34,976 nt of DNA from Verrucomicrobiota bacterium (GCA_027622665.1 JAQBYT010000039.1:1-34976), one strand, 5' to 3'; shown: positions 1 to 8,701, counted from the first letter of the stretch. Notes: generated from the letters alone by a model not told the origin. Translations and numbers: made by a program.

Positions 1-830
1 ACGCGACCGACGTCGACACGGCATCCGCTTCGTTGACTTGGAGCGTTTCCTCTCCTGCGACGTCCGGTACTGCAACGGTCGCGGGTTCGGGAGCATCCCC
101 TGCCATCTTCACCTATGTCCCCACTGCTAATTTCAACGGTATCGATAGTTTCTCCGTTAGAGTCTCCGACGGGACCCTAACCGACACGATTGTCTTCAAT
201 TTGGTGGTAACCGCGATTGGCGACGCTCCCGTAATCACGGAAGGAGATAATCCCTTGATGATTTCGATGTCCGAGGATGGAAATCCAACGGCATGGATCG
301 CGCCTTCGTTGAACGCAACCGATGCAGACGGTGATACCTTGACTTGGCGAATATCCTCCGCAGCCTCGAACGGGATCGCAATGGTCTCGGGATCAGGAGC
401 CTCCCCCTCGAACTTCAGCTATTCCCCCTCCCTGAATTTCAACGGGGACGACAGTTTTGTGGTTCAGGTATCCGATGGAGTCCTAACCGACACCATTTCC
501 GTGAACGTAAACGTGGTCGCAGTGGACGACCCTCCCGTAATCACACAGGGAGATGCCCCCCTATCCAACATCGTTGCAGAGAATGCGACCACCGCTTGGA
601 CCGCGACCGAGTTGAACGCAACCGACGTCGACACGGCATCCGCTTCGTTGACTTGGAGCGTTTCCTCTCCTGCAACGTCAGGTATCGCTACAGTCTCAGG
701 ATCGGGAAGCTCGCCCTCGACCTTCACCTACGCCCCCGCCACTAACTTCAACGGAAACGACAGTTTTGTGGTTCAGGTCTCCGATGGGAGCCTGACTGAT
801 TCGATCACGGTGGACGTTACCGTGATTGAA
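1..830 (+). repeat. Tandem Big_9-like repeats (~307 bp) within CDS 1
   Basis: nt 1-68 match 616-683 almost exactly (accgacgtcgacacggcatccgcttcgttgacttggagcgtttcctctcctgc). ttcaacgg..acgacagttttgtggttcaggt.tccgatgg occurs near 438-478 and 747-788. Confidence 0.85.
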
Positions 831-3800
831 ATGAACGCCACTCTGGTCGTCGCCAACCCGATCGCCGACATTGTTGTTTACGAGAATGCGGAAGACAAGG
901 TGATCGATCTTTCAAATGTCTTTGAAGATGAGGACGACGACAACGGATTGATCACTAAGACCGCCAATTCGAGCAATGCTTTACTGGTGACTGCAACAGT
1001 CAGCGGAGAGACATTAACGCTGAACTATCAAACCAACCGTAGCGGGACTGCAACTATCACGGTGACGGCGACCTCCAATGGGCAAACGATCATTGATGTC
1101 TTTACGGTAACGGTGAAGGTTTCAAGCGACCCCTATTTTGTAAGCACCCCAATCATTACGACAGCCGGCGATGTCGACTACTTCTATAAGGCCGAGGCTG
1201 CTGATCCGGATGGAAACCAAACGATCAAAATCTCTTATGTGGGAAGACCACCTGTCTGGCTCACTGCGCATACCGACGACGACAACCTCTCGATTGTCTT
1301 GAGTGGCCGAGCATCAAAAAGTGATGAAGAAGCATCAGCGGGGAACCCTTACCATATAAAGTTCGCCGTTACCGATGACCGGAACGTGACCGTCTACCAA
1401 GAGTTCGATATCAAGGTGTCCATTAACTACCCACCCGTCTTCGCGAACGGCCCTTATTCCACAACGATGAGCGAAGACTCCGATCCAGTGGGCTGGACAC
1501 CCCCAAGCATTATTGCCACCGACGACAAAGGCGCCCCACTAACTTGGTCCATCGCCACGCAACCCGAAAATGGGATTGCCGAGGCCAATGGCACCGGATC
1601 TTCACCGGAAAACTTCACATACACTCCCAATGCCAACTACTACGGCATGGACAACTTTGTCATACGAGCGTTCGACGGAGTCCGTCACACGGACGCCAAC
1701 GTAAGCGTCATGATATCCCCAAAAGCCGATCCGCCATTCTTTGCCTCAACCCCCCCCACCTATTCTCGCGCAGGCCAAGAGTTTCGTTATGAAGTTACCG
1801 TGATCGACCCCGACGGCGGCGACACCACCATACGAAACTTCGGTCTTCCCAAGGAGTGGCTTAACTTTTATGATGAGAACGCCTCCGACGGCATCGCCTC
1901 CATCGTGGGAATCCCCCCCGTACAGATGGAGGGCAAGACCTATGCCATTAGTCTCGTGGCTAATGATCCAACCGGTCGACTCGTCTTTCAATCCTTCATT
2001 CTCAAAGTCGCACCATGGAACATACCCCCGGTTATCGCCGAAGGAGACAAATTTGAGGTAACTGTATCCGAGGACGTCCCAAGTTCTTGGTCGGCTCCTG
2101 TATTGAATGCCACTGATTCGGACGGGGACACGATGAGTTGGAGTATTGCAGAGGGCCAAGAACCAAACCACGGCATCGCAACGGTAGAAGGCAACGGCTC
2201 AAGGCCCACTACCTTCAATTACATTGCCGATGCAAACTATTCGGGAGAGGATAGTTTCGTGATAAGAGTCCGGGATGGTTACGAAGACTTGAATGCTACC
2301 ATCAACGTCACCGTTTCTCCCATAAACGATGCACCCGCATTCACTAGCGCTCCCATCACTGTCGTCAATGATGGATCCACTTATTCGTATTCGATTACTA
2401 CGATCGATTCCGATGGCGATGGCCACACGACTCTATCCGCACCGGTGTTGCCAAGTTGGCTTACGCTGGAGAATCATGGTGACGGGACCGCCACCTTGAG
2501 CGGATCGGTTTCCGGACAGTTGGGAGTTCACGAAGTCGTACTATCGGTTTCCGATGAAATTGATTCCTCATCCCAAATATTTACAGTGACTGTAAATAAT
2601 TTGCCGCCTGTCATTACTCAGGGGACAGAGATTAACGCAGAGATGGACGAAGACGGTTTCCCCTCCCCTTGGATTCCACCCACGTTGACGGCCACCGACC
2701 AAATTGAAACCTTGCTCGTCTGGTCACTCGATGCGAATGCTAGTCACGGGCAAGTCGTGATCGAGGGCAATGGCTCATCCCCTCTCATTTTCACTTACAA
2801 ACCCGATGCCGACTTCCACGGGATCGACAGTTTCGTGGCAAAAGTCAGTGATGGCGAGTTGAGCGACAAAGTAACTGTCACAGTGACCGTTTCACCAAGT
2901 AACGACCCTCCATTCCTATTGGAGGCCCCCCCACTGACAGCAAGGGAAGGCAGCAACTATTCCTTCACACTAAGGACAGGTGGCAACTTAACGGATCAAC
3001 CACTAACTCTATCCCTCACGCAAGGTCCGGAATGGCTGAACCTGGAGAACTTGGGGGATGGCACAGGACTACTGCAAGGTACCGTTCCGTTGGGCAATCG
3101 AGGCAAGCACCACTTGCATATAACTTTAACCGACGATGAAAATGCAACGAGGAAACTGGCCTTCATGATGGAGGTGATAGACGGAGTAGCCCCCACCCTC
3201 TCGCTCAAGGGTACTTCCCACATTCGTCACCCCAAGGGCGAACCCTTCCAAGATCCGGGTTACGTCGCCTCCGACGACCTGGGCGAGGATCTGACCTCCG
3301 CCGTGGTCATCTCCGCCCAGGTGGATGCAAATACTTCCGGCGTCTACACTCTAATTTATGAGGTTTCCGACCGCGACGGCAACAAGGCGACACCTGTGAC
3401 TCGAGAGGTTTATATTCCCGACCCAAGTCAAACGCCACGGGCGCTGCAAGTGGTCAGCCCCAAAGGGGCCGTAGAGACTGTCGCCGTTGCAGTCGATCAA
3501 AATGGAGTCCGCTACCTCGCAGGATCCTTCCGCGACACCGCGGTCTTCGATGCCATCATCCTCCAAGCCGAAAACAGCGACGCTTTCCTGATCTGCCTCG
3601 AAGCCAACGGTTCGGTTCGCTGGGCCAAAAGTTTCGGAGGACTGGGACCAGACGAGGCGACCGACGTCGCAATCGGACTCGATGGTTCGATATACCTTTC
3701 GGGTGCCTTTGCTGGCCTCGTTCAAGTTGATGGCATCTCTCTCATCTCATCCGGGGGCGCAGACGGCTTCCTCATCAAGCTAGATCCAGAGGGCTCTCTT

Positions 3801-6680
3801 CAATGGGGGCAAACCATCGGCGGTCCCGGCGAGGACAGCGGGAAATCCGTTACGGTTGCTTCGGACGGTTCCGTGCGTTGGGTCGGTAACATTACAGAAC
3901 AAGCGGTCTTGAACGGCAGTCCCCTTGCATCCTCGGGCAACGACGATGTCTTTTTGGCTAAGCTTTCCCCTGCAGGGGACGTCGATTGGGTGCAGACCGC
4001 AGGGAGTGAAAATATAGATCGGGCCCAAGCAGTGGTCACTGATCCGATCACCGGTTTCACCTACGTGGGTGGCGGAGTGAGCGACGGATCTAAAAACAAC
4101 GCTTTCCTTCTCCAGTACGATGACAACGGAACGCTACTCTGGGAGGAGAAGATAACTGGAGTAATGAACAATCAAATACTCGACCTCGCGGCAGACGAAT
4201 CGGGAGTATATCTTGCCGGCAATTTCGAGGGCGAAGCCACCATCGGGAACTTGACAATGACCTCCGGAGGCAATTCCGACGGCTTCCTCGCAAAACTCGA
4301 CCCAGAGGGGAAACCTCAATGGACGCAAACGATTGGCGGCGCTGACAACGACTACGCCCATGGCGTGGAGATCGACCCTTACGGAGACCCCGTCCTCGTG
4401 GGCCATTTCCTAGGCTCCGCTTCCGTAGGCGGCCACTCCATTGAATCGGCGGGCAGCTCCGACCTCTTCCTACTCCAGGCAAGCGGCGACTCCGGCGGGG
4501 TCATGCGCATTCGTTCGATGGGCGGTACGGGTTCTGAGCAAGCTGGCGAACTGGCCGTCGACGAGAATGGCGCCATCCACGTTTCCGCCCATCATGGAGG
4601 CGAAGCCACCGTGGACGACTTTCCAGTCACCAACGAAGGCAAACCCGGCTCATTTCTGGTCATGGCGGGAGGCCCGCACGGTCTCCCCACGACCACCATT
4701 CCCTCACAATTGTCCATCGTACCCGGGAAAAGCTTCGCTCTGGATATCAACGCCTCCATGCCCGATGGCCCAAAACCTTCCTTCTTTATCCCGAACGCAC
4801 CGGATTGGCTATTCCTTCAAGACAACGGAGATGGCACCGCCATTCTCTCGGGTACGATTCCGGCTTCAGCCAAAGGTGACCTCACTACAACCATTCGCGT
4901 AAGCGACCTCGAAGGCGGAGTGGTGGAAAGACAGTTGATCCTCAAGACGGGCATCCCCGTCACCCATACGATCTCGGTTACCGTCGTACCCGCGGGTGCT
5001 GCGACCATCGGTGGAACGGGAACCTACCGACACGGCGAACAAATCACCCTCACGGCAATTCCTCTAAATGGGTATCGCCTCTCCCACTGGTCCGGTGGCA
5101 GACTAACCTCACCAATTGCAATCGCCCAAACATTGACCGTCACCGAGGATCTCACACTCACGGCAACCTTTGATCTCGAACCGAGCATCCCCGACACCCA
5201 TACGGTATCGGTCTCCGTCGTACCTGCCAATGCCGCGATCATCGAAGGGGCGGGAACTTACGAGCACGGCAAGCAAATCACACTTACTGCGATTCCTCTG
5301 AGCGGTTATCGCCTTTCTCAATGGTCCGGCACTGCCCTAACCACACCGGATGCGATCACTCAAACCTTAACTGTAACCGACGATATCACCCTTGTCGCCA
5401 CCTTCGAACTCGACCCGAACGCCGGCACACTAGCCTCTGTTTTTCATGCCCAAGATCTTGGTAATTCCTGGTACAGAAGTTCATGGTTCGGGGATTTCCA
5501 CCAAACGACCGAAAACTGGATCTACCATCTTGATTTCGGCTGGATATATTCCACAACTTCAAACGTTAACTCACTCGGTCGCCGAAGACGCAGCTCCAAC
5601 GAAAACAACGGTGTCTGGTTCTGGCAAGAGGAGTTGGATTGGGTTTGGACCACCTCCGACATATTCCCACACCTATATCAAGCCAACGCGAACGAGTGGC
5701 TCTTTTACCGTAAAGGTTCCTCCAAACCCGCAATCCTCTATGACTATGATAACAGCGAATGGTTTACCATTTCCCTCCCCCGCTTCGGGATTGAAACGAT
5801 CGTTTTTCCGGAAGGAGGAGGCGCAGTCGTGGGAGGGGGTTCGCACAAGGGGGGCAACCGCGTTTACCTTGTGGCCAAACCCAACAATGGATATATTTTT
5901 GCAGGTTGGGAGGGGGATGCTGAAGGATCTGAAAATCCCCTTGCGCTAGACAACCTAAGTGAAAGCGTACAGATCGTAGCTCGTTTCAGAGCTATCTCCA
6001 ACGGTATTCAAGGAATTGCCTCCGTGATCCAATCAGCAACCCATCTGACCAACGACGAGAAACGAAACGCCCTGATCCAAATCGCACTTACCGGGACTTC
6101 CCCTCTAGTGAGCATTGGTTCCGGAAATAATGGAAACTCCCCCAATATCCTCTCCCCAACTCTTGACGACAGCTCGAAAAAAATGAATCCGGAAGCGTTC
6201 GGGCCCAGCTCCGCCCAAATGGAGCATGCCTTTCTCCCTTGGAAATCGGGATGGTCGGGGGAAGTCGACCAGGAGGGGGGGCAGAGACTCTCGATACAAA
6301 CAACAAAAACCGAAAAAATCTACGGCGTAAATTGTTTCTTAGTTGAAAGCACTGCGGGGAACGGTTCATGGAAAAGCAGATGGTTCGCCCGCGACCTAAA
6401 GGGAACGATTTGGCTCATCCGCGAGACACGAGGACAAAGGCTTGTCGACATCGCCCAGCCTTTTATTCCTTTACACCCCGAAGCAGGATGGAAGAACTGG
6501 ACCGACGCTTCCGCCATTCCCAACGAGTTTGTGGTCATCGGCAGCACAACCTCAGCCGTTCGACTTTCCACTGGCGAAATTCTTGAGAATTGTCTCCGTT
6601 TAATCGTACACTCGTCCGAGGGCACTCTGATCGAGTACTATGCCAAGGGTCGCGGGTTAGTGAAAATTGAAAATCCGTGA
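3..6680 (+). CDS. Giant secreted/surface protein, 5'-truncated by the window (Big_9-like and dystroglycan-type cadherin-like repeats, DUF5011/HYR-like domain, SBBP-type beta-propeller, InlB B-repeats, Trp-rich module, C-terminal DUF3108-like domain)
   Basis: The frame is open from nt 3 (ATDVDTASASLTW) and begins mid-repeat, so the track's TTG at 33 is not the true start. Motifs: FTYxPxxNFNGxDSFxVxVSDG (Big_9-like); PxFxSxP...DPDG...PxWL...LSG (cadherin-like/He_PIG); APTLSLKG...GEPFQDPGYVASDD...GVYTLIYEVSDRDGN (DUF5011-like); repeated DxFLxKLDxxGxxxW...GG (propeller); TLTAIPxxGYRLSxWSG (InlB B-repeat). Stop TGA at 6678-6680. Confidence 0.92.
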   Translation, partial: ATDVDTASASLTWSVSSPATSGTATVAGSGASPAIFTYVPTANFNGIDSFSVRVSDGTLTDTIVFNLVVTAIGDAPVITEGDNPLMISMSEDGNPTAWIAPSLNATDADGDTLTWRISSAASNGIAMVSGSGASPSNFSYSPSLNFNGDDSFVVQVSDGVLTDTISVNVNVVAVDDPPVITQGDAPLSNIVAENATTAWTATELNATDVDTASASLTWSVSSPATSGIATVSGSGSSPSTFTYAPATNFNGNDSFVVQVSDGSLTDSITVDVTVIEMNATLVVANPIADIVVYENAEDKVIDLSNVFEDEDDDNGLITKTANSSNALLVTATVSGETLTLNYQTNRSGTATITVTATSNGQTIIDVFTVTVKVSSDPYFVSTPIITTAGDVDYFYKAEAADPDGNQTIKISYVGRPPVWLTAHTDDDNLSIVLSGRASKSDEEASAGNPYHIKFAVTDDRNVTVYQEFDIKVSINYPPVFANGPYSTTMSEDSDPVGWTPPSIIATDDKGAPLTWSIATQPENGIAEANGTGSSPENFTYTPNANYYGMDNFVIRAFDGVRHTDANVSVMISPKADPPFFASTPPTYSRAGQEFRYEVTVIDPDGGDTTIRNFGLPKEWLNFYDENASDGIASIVGIPPVQMEGKTYAISLVANDPTGRLVFQSFILKVAPWNIPPVIAEGDKFEVTVSEDVPSSWSAPVLNATDSDGDTMSWSIAEGQEPNHGIATVEGNGSRPTTFNYIADANYSGEDSFVIRVRDGYEDLNATINVTVSPINDAPAFTSAPITVVNDGSTYSYSITTIDSDGDGHTTLSAPVLPSWLTLENHGDGTATLSGSVSGQLGVHEVVLSVSDEIDSSSQIFTVTVNNLPPVITQGTEINAEMDEDGFPSPWIPPTLTATDQIETLLVWSLDANASHGQVVIEGNGSSPLIFTYKPDADFHGIDSFVAKVSDGELSDKVTVTVTVSPSNDPPFLLEAPPLTAREGSNYSFTLRTGGNLTDQPLTLSLTQGPEWLNLENLGDGTGLLQGTVPLGNRGKHHLHITLTDDENATRKLAFMMEVIDGVAPTLSLKGTSHIRHPKGEPFQDPGYVASDDLGEDLTSAVVISAQVDANTSGVYTLIYEVSDRDGNKATPVTREVYIPDPSQTPRALQVVSPKGAVETVAVAVDQNGVRYLAGSFRDTAVFDAIILQAENSDAFLICLEANGSVRWAKSFGGLGPDEATDVAIGLDGSIYLSGAFAGLVQVDGISLISSGGADGFLIKLDPEGSLQWGQTIGGPGEDSGKSVTVASDGSVRWVGNITEQAVLNGSPLASSGNDDVFLAKLSPAGDVDWVQTAGSENIDRAQAVVTDPITGFTYVGGGVSDGSKNNAFLLQYDDNGTLLWEEKITGVMNNQILDLAADESGVYLAGNFEGEATIGNLTMTSGGNSDGFLAKLDPEGKPQWTQTIGGADNDYAHGVEIDPYGDPVLVGHFLGSASVGGHSIESAGSSDLFLLQASGDSGGVMRIRSMGGTGSEQAGELAVDENGAIHVSAHHGGEATVDDFPVTNEGKPGSFLVMAGGPHGLPTTTIPSQLSIVPGKSFALDINASMPDGPKPSFFIPNAPDWLFLQDNGDGTAILSGTIPASAKGDLTTTIRVSDLEGGVVERQLILKTGIPVTHTISVTVVPAGAATIGGTGTYRHGEQITLTAIPLNGYRLSHWSGGRLTSPIAIAQTLTVTEDLTLTATFDLEPSIPDTHTVSVSVVPANAAIIEGAGTYEHGKQITLTAIPLSGYRLSQWSGTALTTPDAITQTLTVTDDITLVATFELDPNAGTLASVFHAQDLGNSWYRSSWFGDFHQTTENWIYHLDFGWIYSTTSNVNSLGRRRRSSNENNGVWFWQEELDWVWTTSDIFPHLYQANANEWLFYRKGSSKPAILYDYDNSEWFTISLPRFGIETIVFPEGGGAVVGGGSHKGGNRVYLVAKPNNGYIFAGWEGDAEGSENPLALDNLSESVQIVARFRAISNGIQGIASVIQSATHLTNDEKRNALIQIALTGTSPLVSIGSGNNGNSPNILSPTLDDSSKKMNPEAFGPSSAQMEHAFLPWKSGWSGEVDQEGGQRLSIQTTKTEKIYGVNCFLVESTAGNGSWKSRWFARDLKGTIWLIRETRGQRLVDIAQPFIPLHPEAGWKNWTDASAIPNEFVVIGSTTSAVRLSTGEILENCLRLIVHSSEGTLIEYYAKGRGLVKIENP
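3470..4665 (+). other. Beta-propeller region (SBBP-like, about 7 blades) within CDS 1
   Basis: Repeated VxVDxxGxxYxxGxF...S.GxxDxFLxKLxxxGxxxW.xxxGG units in the translation. Confidence 0.75.
4962..5415 (+). repeat. Two tandem InlB B-repeat-like units (234-bp period)
   Basis: acccatacg...gtcgtacc at 4962 and 5196; protein THTISVTVVPAGAATIGGTGTYRHGEQITLTAIP vs THTVSVSVVPANAAIIEGAGTYEHGKQITLTAIP. A third, divergent copy lies at ~5780-5990. Confidence 0.85.
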
Positions 6681-7936
6681 TTCGCCGCCAAAATAGAAAG
6701 ACTCCCGCTAGACCGTCACTCCCGACTTTAGCTCTAGTGCTGTTTCTGCTCTCACCAATACATGGGCGAGCAGAAAGCCTGTTCGGGACTGTACAAAAAG
6801 ATTCCATCAGCACGATAAACGATGGACTGCTACAGCTCGAAAAAGATTTGGCAGACTTGAAGAAGATTAAGGAGAAGGAGGAGAAGATTAAGGAGAAGGA
6901 GGAGAAGATGAAAGAGAAGGAGGAGAAGATGAAGAAGGAGCGAAAGACAGCCTTTCGCCAACCTGCCGCCGCCATTCCGTCAGTGATTGAGAAAACAACT
7001 CCCCCGCCTCTATCCGACACAAGCCAGTCGAAAAACATCAGTTCGCTGAGCGAAGAATTAATTATCATCGAAAAAGAATTACTTCGATTAGGCAGGGAAC
7101 AAGAGAGGAAAGCATCCGTCCAGAAACCACCCGCCACAATTCCACCGGCGATTGAAAAAACAACTCCCCCAACCCCATCAGGTTCCAGCCAGTCGAAAAA
7201 CATCAGTTCACTGAGCGAGGAACTAATTATCATCGAGAAAGAATTGACCGAAATCAAGAGAGGGGAAGAAAGTAGAAAACTAAAGCGAGTGCCATCCACG
7301 GCTAGAATTACTCCTGAATCGAGGAGCGTGGTAATTGTTCGCCCATCGGGACATTACTTCCTTCTCCTCAACTCCGGAATAGCTTTTGCACAAGATAGAG
7401 AATTTGCATCTTCGTACGCATCCCTGTTACGCACACGCCCCGGAGTCGAGTTGTCCGTAGCCTTCGGCAGGCAGTTCGGTCCATGGACGATCGGACCAGA
7501 GATCGGTTATCGCCGACTGGAATACAAACAGTTCATTGTGCAGGGTCTACCTACGTCCTCATTTTCCTCAATTGACGCGACAGGTAACTCCAGCTCCTAT
7601 TCATTGGCCATGTACGTTGGGCGAGATTTTCAATTGGGGCATTCTTGGCACCTACATTCAGGTGTATCGTTGGGTGTATCCGAAAGTGACGAATTCTTGT
7701 CTGTTCAGGTTTCGCCTACATCTTCGGCTCCTACCTTCACTGGCAGGCGCGTCTATGCCGATGGTTCCCACTTCCAAGGAAGCATCCGAACGGCATTGCA
7801 GTACAGTTTTTCGGATCTTTTCGCTGCCTATTTGGGATACCGGTTCACCTATGTCGACGACCTCGAAGACTTTGAAGTCAAATTTGACTCCCTTCTTGTT
7901 CACCAAGCTGAACTCGGGTTGCGCTGGAACCTCTAA
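6677..7936 (+). CDS. Outer-membrane beta-barrel protein (probably 8-stranded, OmpA/opacity-like) with signal peptide and N-terminal coiled-coil/Pro-rich repeats
   Basis: GTG start overlaps the CDS 1 stop (GTGA). The N-terminus is basic, then hydrophobic (LPTLALVLFLLSPIHGRA). The C-terminal ~195 aa are alternating amphipathic strands (GVELSVAFGRQF, WTIGPEIGYR, WHLHSGVSLGVS, IRTALQYSF, AYLGYRFTY) ending ELGLRWNL. Confidence 0.8.
   Translation: MIRRQNRKTPARPSLPTLALVLFLLSPIHGRAESLFGTVQKDSISTINDGLLQLEKDLADLKKIKEKEEKIKEKEEKMKEKEEKMKKERKTAFRQPAAAIPSVIEKTTPPPLSDTSQSKNISSLSEELIIIEKELLRLGREQERKASVQKPPATIPPAIEKTTPPTPSGSSQSKNISSLSEELIIIEKELTEIKRGEESRKLKRVPSTARITPESRSVVIVRPSGHYFLLLNSGIAFAQDREFASSYASLLRTRPGVELSVAFGRQFGPWTIGPEIGYRRLEYKQFIVQGLPTSSFSSIDATGNSSSYSLAMYVGRDFQLGHSWHLHSGVSLGVSESDEFLSVQVSPTSSAPTFTGRRVYADGSHFQGSIRTALQYSFSDLFAAYLGYRFTYVDDLEDFEVKFDSLLVHQAELGLRWNL
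6862..6934 (+). repeat. 21-bp tandem repeat (~3.5 copies) encoding the heptad K(I/M)KEKEE
   Basis: gaagattaaggagaaggagga at 6862 and 6883, gaagatgaaagagaaggagga at 6904, partial copy at 6925. Confidence 0.95.
6938..7267 (+). repeat. Two 165-bp (55-aa) direct repeats in the OMP stalk
   Basis: agccagtcgaaaaacatcagttc at 7022 and 7187; protein IEKTTPP...SQSKNISSLSEELIIIEKEL occurs twice. Confidence 0.93.
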
Positions 7937-8384
7937 GTAGTTTTTAGTCCGAATTTCTTAAAATCGACATATGGAAAGGATGCTTATTCGGTGCTCCTTT
8001 ATCGCGAAGCGCTTGGATTCTTTTAGCAAAAAGGCTTCATTCTCCAACCGTCACAGTTCATACCGCCATAAGCGGGCGAATTACTTAAACGGTAAATCCG
8101 GTTTGACTAGCGACTTTTCCCACTGTCCGAGCGTGAATTGAGCAAGATGATCTATCGCCAAATGATCAGATCGACATCAAATGACTTTTGAATGTTGGCA
8201 TGGAAGTCATTTCCCGGCGAAAAAAGCCCACATCACATCCGATTTAGGATCCATATCAATGTGACGATGTACAGAAAACAAGGCGTATTGTACTCGTCGT
8301 TGATTTCGGGATTTTTTTACAGCTAAACAATTGAGGCCATTACGCCAAATGAATTTCACCCCTTATTAATTACGGGTTAAGATG

Positions 8385-8414
8385 TTGATAATTCATACTT
8401 TGAAAAAGTATTTT
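8385..8414 (+). promoter_or_regulatory. Candidate sigma70-type promoter with overlapping palindrome
   Basis: TTGATA (8385-8390), 18-nt spacer, TATTTT (8409-8414). A perfect inverted repeat ATACTTT-gaa-AAAGTAT spans 8395-8411, in an AT-rich region upstream of the giant ORF. Confidence 0.35.
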
Positions 8415-8441
8415 AAAGAAGTTGCCTTACAGATGCAATAT

Positions 8442-8468
8442 TTGACAGACTTTGGCTAATAGTAATGT
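8442..8468 (+). promoter_or_regulatory. Alternative candidate promoter
   Basis: Consensus TTGACA (8442-8447) and TAATGT (8463-8468), but the spacer is only 15 nt. Confidence 0.25.
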
Positions 8469-8701
8469 GATTTAACAGTTTAAGTTTTGAAATAAGAACT
8501 TTCACTGGTTCCAATGTTGAAAGAATTCCCAATTCCTAGAGTTTCAGTTGATCTTCTCGAAAGAGAGGCCTTTGGTCGCTTTTTATTTGTTAGCGCGCGT
8601 ATGCTCGACAAGCATAATGCATTAAAACATGCGCCTGATTTTTTGACCAAAACTCGATATACTTTCACTCGTAATCGAAACTTCACAAATAATTGGGGGA
8701 A

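Noticed and set aside
33..35. TTG start for CDS 1 given in the ORF track
   Set aside because: The frame is open upstream to the window edge and the sequence is mid-repeat with no signal peptide.
6535..7299. 254-aa minus-strand ORF with FSSFSFI repeats
   Set aside because: It is the antisense reading of the KEKEEK heptad and 55-aa repeats of the OMP gene.
7975..8000. Intrinsic terminator after the OMP gene (AAAGGA...TCCTTT)
   Set aside because: Weak, bulged stem with no proper U-tract; not supportable as a terminator.
8156..8352. 10-bp direct repeat CGCCAAATGA (8156 and 8343) and a Fur-like half-site TGATAAT (~8386)
   Set aside because: Short matches in AT-rich DNA with no second half-site or associated mobile element; likely chance.
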